Below are positions 61,023 to 64,000 of a stretch of DNA of 64,000 bases, piece after piece. The notes under the pieces were generated by a model, which saw only the letters and a list, made by a program, of their open reading frames with translations, was not told the origin of the DNA and ran no database searches. Source of the stretch: a virus; IMG/VR virus record IMGVR_UViG_3300043436_003696, positions 26,099 through 90,098 of that record. One strand, written 5' to 3'. How positions within the stretch are numbered: position 1 is the first letter of the stretch; the number at the start of each line of letters is the position of its first letter. The translations under genes were made by a program, and so were the position numbers.

Positions 61023-61437
61023 TATGAAAACAGAAGATTATTTTAACGAAGGAACACCATTTGAAAGCATGAAAGCATTAAAAGCAAAAGAGCAACTAAC
61101 AGTATTGCTACCAAAAGAAATCAGCTACGGACACACCATTGAAGAAGCCGAAGATCAAGATTTCATTACAGAGGTTATTGAGCAATTTGCAATGATGCAA
61201 GCGCATAACTTTTTAACATGGTTGGAAAACGAACAATACCAGCATATAGGCTCAGGCGATTGGTCTAATGGTGAACAAGTTTTAAACGCATCGGACTTGT
61301 ACCAAAAGTTTATTGAATCAGACATTAAACCGCTGTTAGCGGCTGTGTTGCCGATTCAGAAAGTGCCAAAAGAGTTTTGTCGGTGTAAAAACCCGCTTGT
61401 TCACGATAGTCAATGTCCATGCGGCATTGACCGCTAA
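61023..61437 (+). CDS. Hypothetical protein reading through an attC-like arm
   Basis: Probable start MKTEDYF (ATG near 61023); the stop codon lies in CCGCTAAC. Confidence 0.55.
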
Positions 61438-61502
61438 CGGTTTTGGGCTTGCGAAGGCAGGGATTAAGAAAGAAAAATTATCAACTTAAAACAAAATAAA
61501 TT

Positions 61503-61757
61503 ATAAAAACGAAAATTTCAATTAACCGATTAGCCTTTGCTTTTGCAAGTGTGCTGTTCTGTGCCGTCTTTTCTTCATGTATTGATGAAGAAAAAAAAAG
61601 TAAAAGAGAGAGAGAGTATATTGAGAGAAAAGAGCTAATTTATAAAACAGAACATTGCAGGTATTATTGTTTAGAACGTAATGGACTTGAACAGTGCAAG
61701 GTTGTTATTTGCGAATGTGATAGCGGTTATAACGCTGATGTATCTGTGTCATGGTAA
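61503..61757 (+). CDS. Putative small lipoprotein
   Basis: The frame extends upstream to (I)KTKISINRLAFAFASVLFCAVFSSC, a lipobox-like sequence; the start would be ATA or GTG. Confidence 0.5.
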   Translation: MKTKISINRLAFAFASVLFCAVFSSCIDEEKKSKREREYIERKELIYKTEHCRYYCLERNGLEQCKVVICECDSGYNADVSVSW

Positions 61758-61829
61758 AAGGTTACCTAAGGGTTTGCAAGTATATTTAGTTGCAGTACTT
61801 TATTTAGAACAAATTTAATTTAAAAATAT

Positions 61830-62408
61830 ATGAGAAAAGGAGATTTTACAACACTTGGAGCAACTGCTCATTCTGATGAAGAAAGAGAAGAAAATGATTT
61901 TTATGCTACCGACCCAAAGGCATTAGAATTATTTTTAGACCAAACAGGTATTGAATTACGGAACGTATGGGAATGTGCTTGTGGAGAAGGGCATTTAGCA
62001 AAAGTATTAGATGCAAGAGGATTGCTTGGAAGAGCAAGTGATTTGATTGATAGAGGTTATGGGGTAACAGAAAGTAATTTCTACTACTTTTCTGAAACAT
62101 GGGAAGGAGATATTTTAACAAATCCACCATACAGAGATGCAATGAAATTTTGCCAACACGCTCTTGATTGTGTAGATGAAGGAAGTAAAGTAGTAATGCT
62201 GATGCGTATTCAATTTTTGGAAGGGCAAAAACGTAAACCGTTTTTACTTGCGAACCCGCCAAAGTATGTATATGTAAGTAGTTCAAGATTATTACTTGCA
62301 AAAAATGCAGACTTTGTGAAATACAATACACCCTCTGCCAACTGTTATGCTTGGTATGTTTGGGAAAAGGGATTTAAAGGAGAAACTACTTTGCGTTGGT
62401 TTAACTAA
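61830..62408 (+). CDS. DNA amino-methyltransferase (N6-A/N4-C)
   Basis: DFYATDP, WECACGEG (SAM-binding motif I), ILTNPPY (motif IV), YAWYVWEKG. Confidence 0.9.
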   Translation: MRKGDFTTLGATAHSDEEREENDFYATDPKALELFLDQTGIELRNVWECACGEGHLAKVLDARGLLGRASDLIDRGYGVTESNFYYFSETWEGDILTNPPYRDAMKFCQHALDCVDEGSKVVMLMRIQFLEGQKRKPFLLANPPKYVYVSSSRLLLAKNADFVKYNTPSANCYAWYVWEKGFKGETTLRWFN

Positions 62409-63096
62409 AATGTGCATTGATATGGGCTTATCTGAAAATGAAATGAACAAAGTTCTCGAAGGGGAACAGTGTAAAACTCAATGCGTAGCCTGTGCTTGTA
62501 TTGTTGGCGAACAAAGAATGAAAACTCAAAAATTAATCGAAAAGATTAACGAAGGACGTTCTTAGTATTACTGCTAACGATGGATATTGGCGCAGTGCGT
62601 ATTATTAACAATAAAATGATAGAAATTTATAAAAAAACAGAATTAGGAACTCAAATAAGGGTTAACAACGGATCTATTGAAACTCTTATAAAACGTGAAC
62701 TACCTTATGGATTATTCCAAAGCGAAAGTGGGTACAAAGTGGTAAGAAGTATTACCTCTATTAAAGATTCTGATATAGTAAAATGTGAAACATGGGAACA
62801 ATAACATATAAGAGGCGTAAAGTAAGCGGTGGTGTTGCAAAATACTACGTTGAAATAGATGCACAAATTGGAACTATTCAAATAATTAAAATTCATTTTG
62901 TGCCAAATAATAGTTTGCATCCAACAGCCCACGTAAGCAGGAAATTTAGCACACATAGCTTAGTAATTCAGTGTATACCGCTATTGGTTGAGGATATAAA
63001 TATAATTTATCAGCAAATAGCGGGAGCAAGCAAATTGGTAAAAAATTAAATAGCACAAAACCGCTGTGAGCAGACGGCTTTCTAATATTTTCAATT

Positions 63097-63531
63097 ATGA
63101 CAACATTCGTTTTAATAGTTTCAGAGTTCTTTCCAAAAACTCACAAAAAATCAGGCAAGCCAACAGGTTTTCCTTTGTCAATTAAACATTATGATAAAAT
63201 ACACACTATCAGAGGTAACTATGATTTGTGGGCTAAACGATTTGAAAAAATAAACAAAGGCGAAGCTATTTTGTCAGTTAGAATTTGGTCAGGCAAACCA
63301 TACCAAAGTAAACAGCAAGAGATTTTCAAGTATGATAAAACTCACGGAATAGGTATGCAAAAATTAGAACAACCAAACAATTTTGTATTTGCACCTATTG
63401 AAGGTAAAAAAGTAAACTGGGATTTGGTAGCAAAAAATGACGGATTAAGTTTTGAAGATTTTTGTGAGTGGTTCAAAGTTAGGTCAGACAAACCTATGGC
63501 AATTATTCATTTTACGGATTTTCGCTATTAA
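63097..63531 (+). CDS. Conserved Bacteroidota-phage protein, ASCH/PUA-like
   Basis: KIHTIR, WSGKPYQSKQ, AKNDGLS.EDF.EWF. Confidence 0.6.
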   Translation: MTTFVLIVSEFFPKTHKKSGKPTGFPLSIKHYDKIHTIRGNYDLWAKRFEKINKGEAILSVRIWSGKPYQSKQQEIFKYDKTHGIGMQKLEQPNNFVFAPIEGKKVNWDLVAKNDGLSFEDFCEWFKVRSDKPMAIIHFTDFRY

Positions 63532-63678
63532 GCTGTCTGATAGCGTTTTGTGGCTTGGCGAAGTACCGCCTTGCAGAATGTTGAATTATAGTACAAAGGC
63601 TTGTGGCGGTATTTTGCCAAACCACTGTTATAAGCCGTTTTTTATTCGTGTTTGGCTTAACAATTTAATTTAAAAACA

Positions 63679-63963
63679 ATGACAAGATTAGAAGAAATTA
63701 TCAGAACAACAAGAGCAACTGGAAACACAACTTGGATTTTACAGTCAGCTATCAAAAGACCTAATTGCATAATCGTTTCAAGAAATATGCAACAGGCAAA
63801 ACATTTAGAACAAGCATATAAAAGTTTGTTGTCAAAAAGTGCTTGGTATAAAAAATTATGGTGGAAATGGTTTGGTCGTAAAAGTCCAAAGTTTGTTTCA
63901 CTTGATTTCAGATTTGATGGGTATCGTCTGCCTGTTATTTTTGATAACGGGTCGTTGTTCTAA
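63679..63963 (+). CDS. Hypothetical protein, possible degenerate P-loop fragment
   Basis: RATGNTT...IIVS...PVIFDN. Confidence 0.55.
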   Translation: MTRLEEIIRTTRATGNTTWILQSAIKRPNCIIVSRNMQQAKHLEQAYKSLLSKSAWYKKLWWKWFGRKSPKFVSLDFRFDGYRLPVIFDNGSLF

Positions 63964-64000
63964 AATGGCTTATAGCGCAAAAACTGCCGATAGTTCGGTA

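Larger units (their letters stand above)
60421..64000 (+). mobile_element. Integron-cassette-like array with attC-like sites; no integrase seen in the window
   Basis: TAAC-type left ends at 60421, 60455, 60971, 61432, 61763, 62572, 63537 and 63969; GTT-type right ends at 60444, 61335, 61556, 62503, 63066 and 63627; long imperfect hairpins at 61432-61562 and 63537-63633. Confidence 0.7.

Noticed and set aside
1-64000. Stop-codon reassignment, as seen in some crAss-like phages
   Set aside because: TerL, portal, MCP and the giant protein are uninterrupted in the standard code. The polA and dnaB breaks are explained by introns, and no suppressor tRNA is seen.

Overview
AT-rich 64 kb segment of a crAss-like (Crassvirales-type) phage of a Bacteroidota host, read in the standard genetic code. 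The host call rests on TAnnTTTG promoters. From left to right: the end of the giant virion-protein block (+, 1-6141); a minus-strand replication block (MazG-like, UDG, PolA, Gp157, primase, SSB-like, AAA ATPase, DnaB, SF2 helicase); accessory genes, a tmRNA, small-ORF arrays and an ncRNA-rich region; a strand switch near 40.2-40.6 kb; and the + strand morphogenesis block (RepL-like, TerL, portal, MCP, tail fibre). PolA and DnaB are each split by a group I intron, mapped here to the nucleotide. The most notable signals are: (1) integron-cassette-like arrays (60.4-64 kb and 29-31.6 kb) with attC-like hairpins whose cassette ends are mutually complementary, with no integrase seen in the window; (2) a tmRNA with a 35-residue tag; (3) a repeated structured RNA/box motif at 38.3-39.3 kb; (4) an OspF/LanKC-type lyase-like plus ART-like module in the giant virion protein; (5) an ATPase with Walker B placed before Walker A; (6) a mosaic array of shuffled peptide modules at 35-38 kb. 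All family assignments come from motif recognition by eye; no searches were run.
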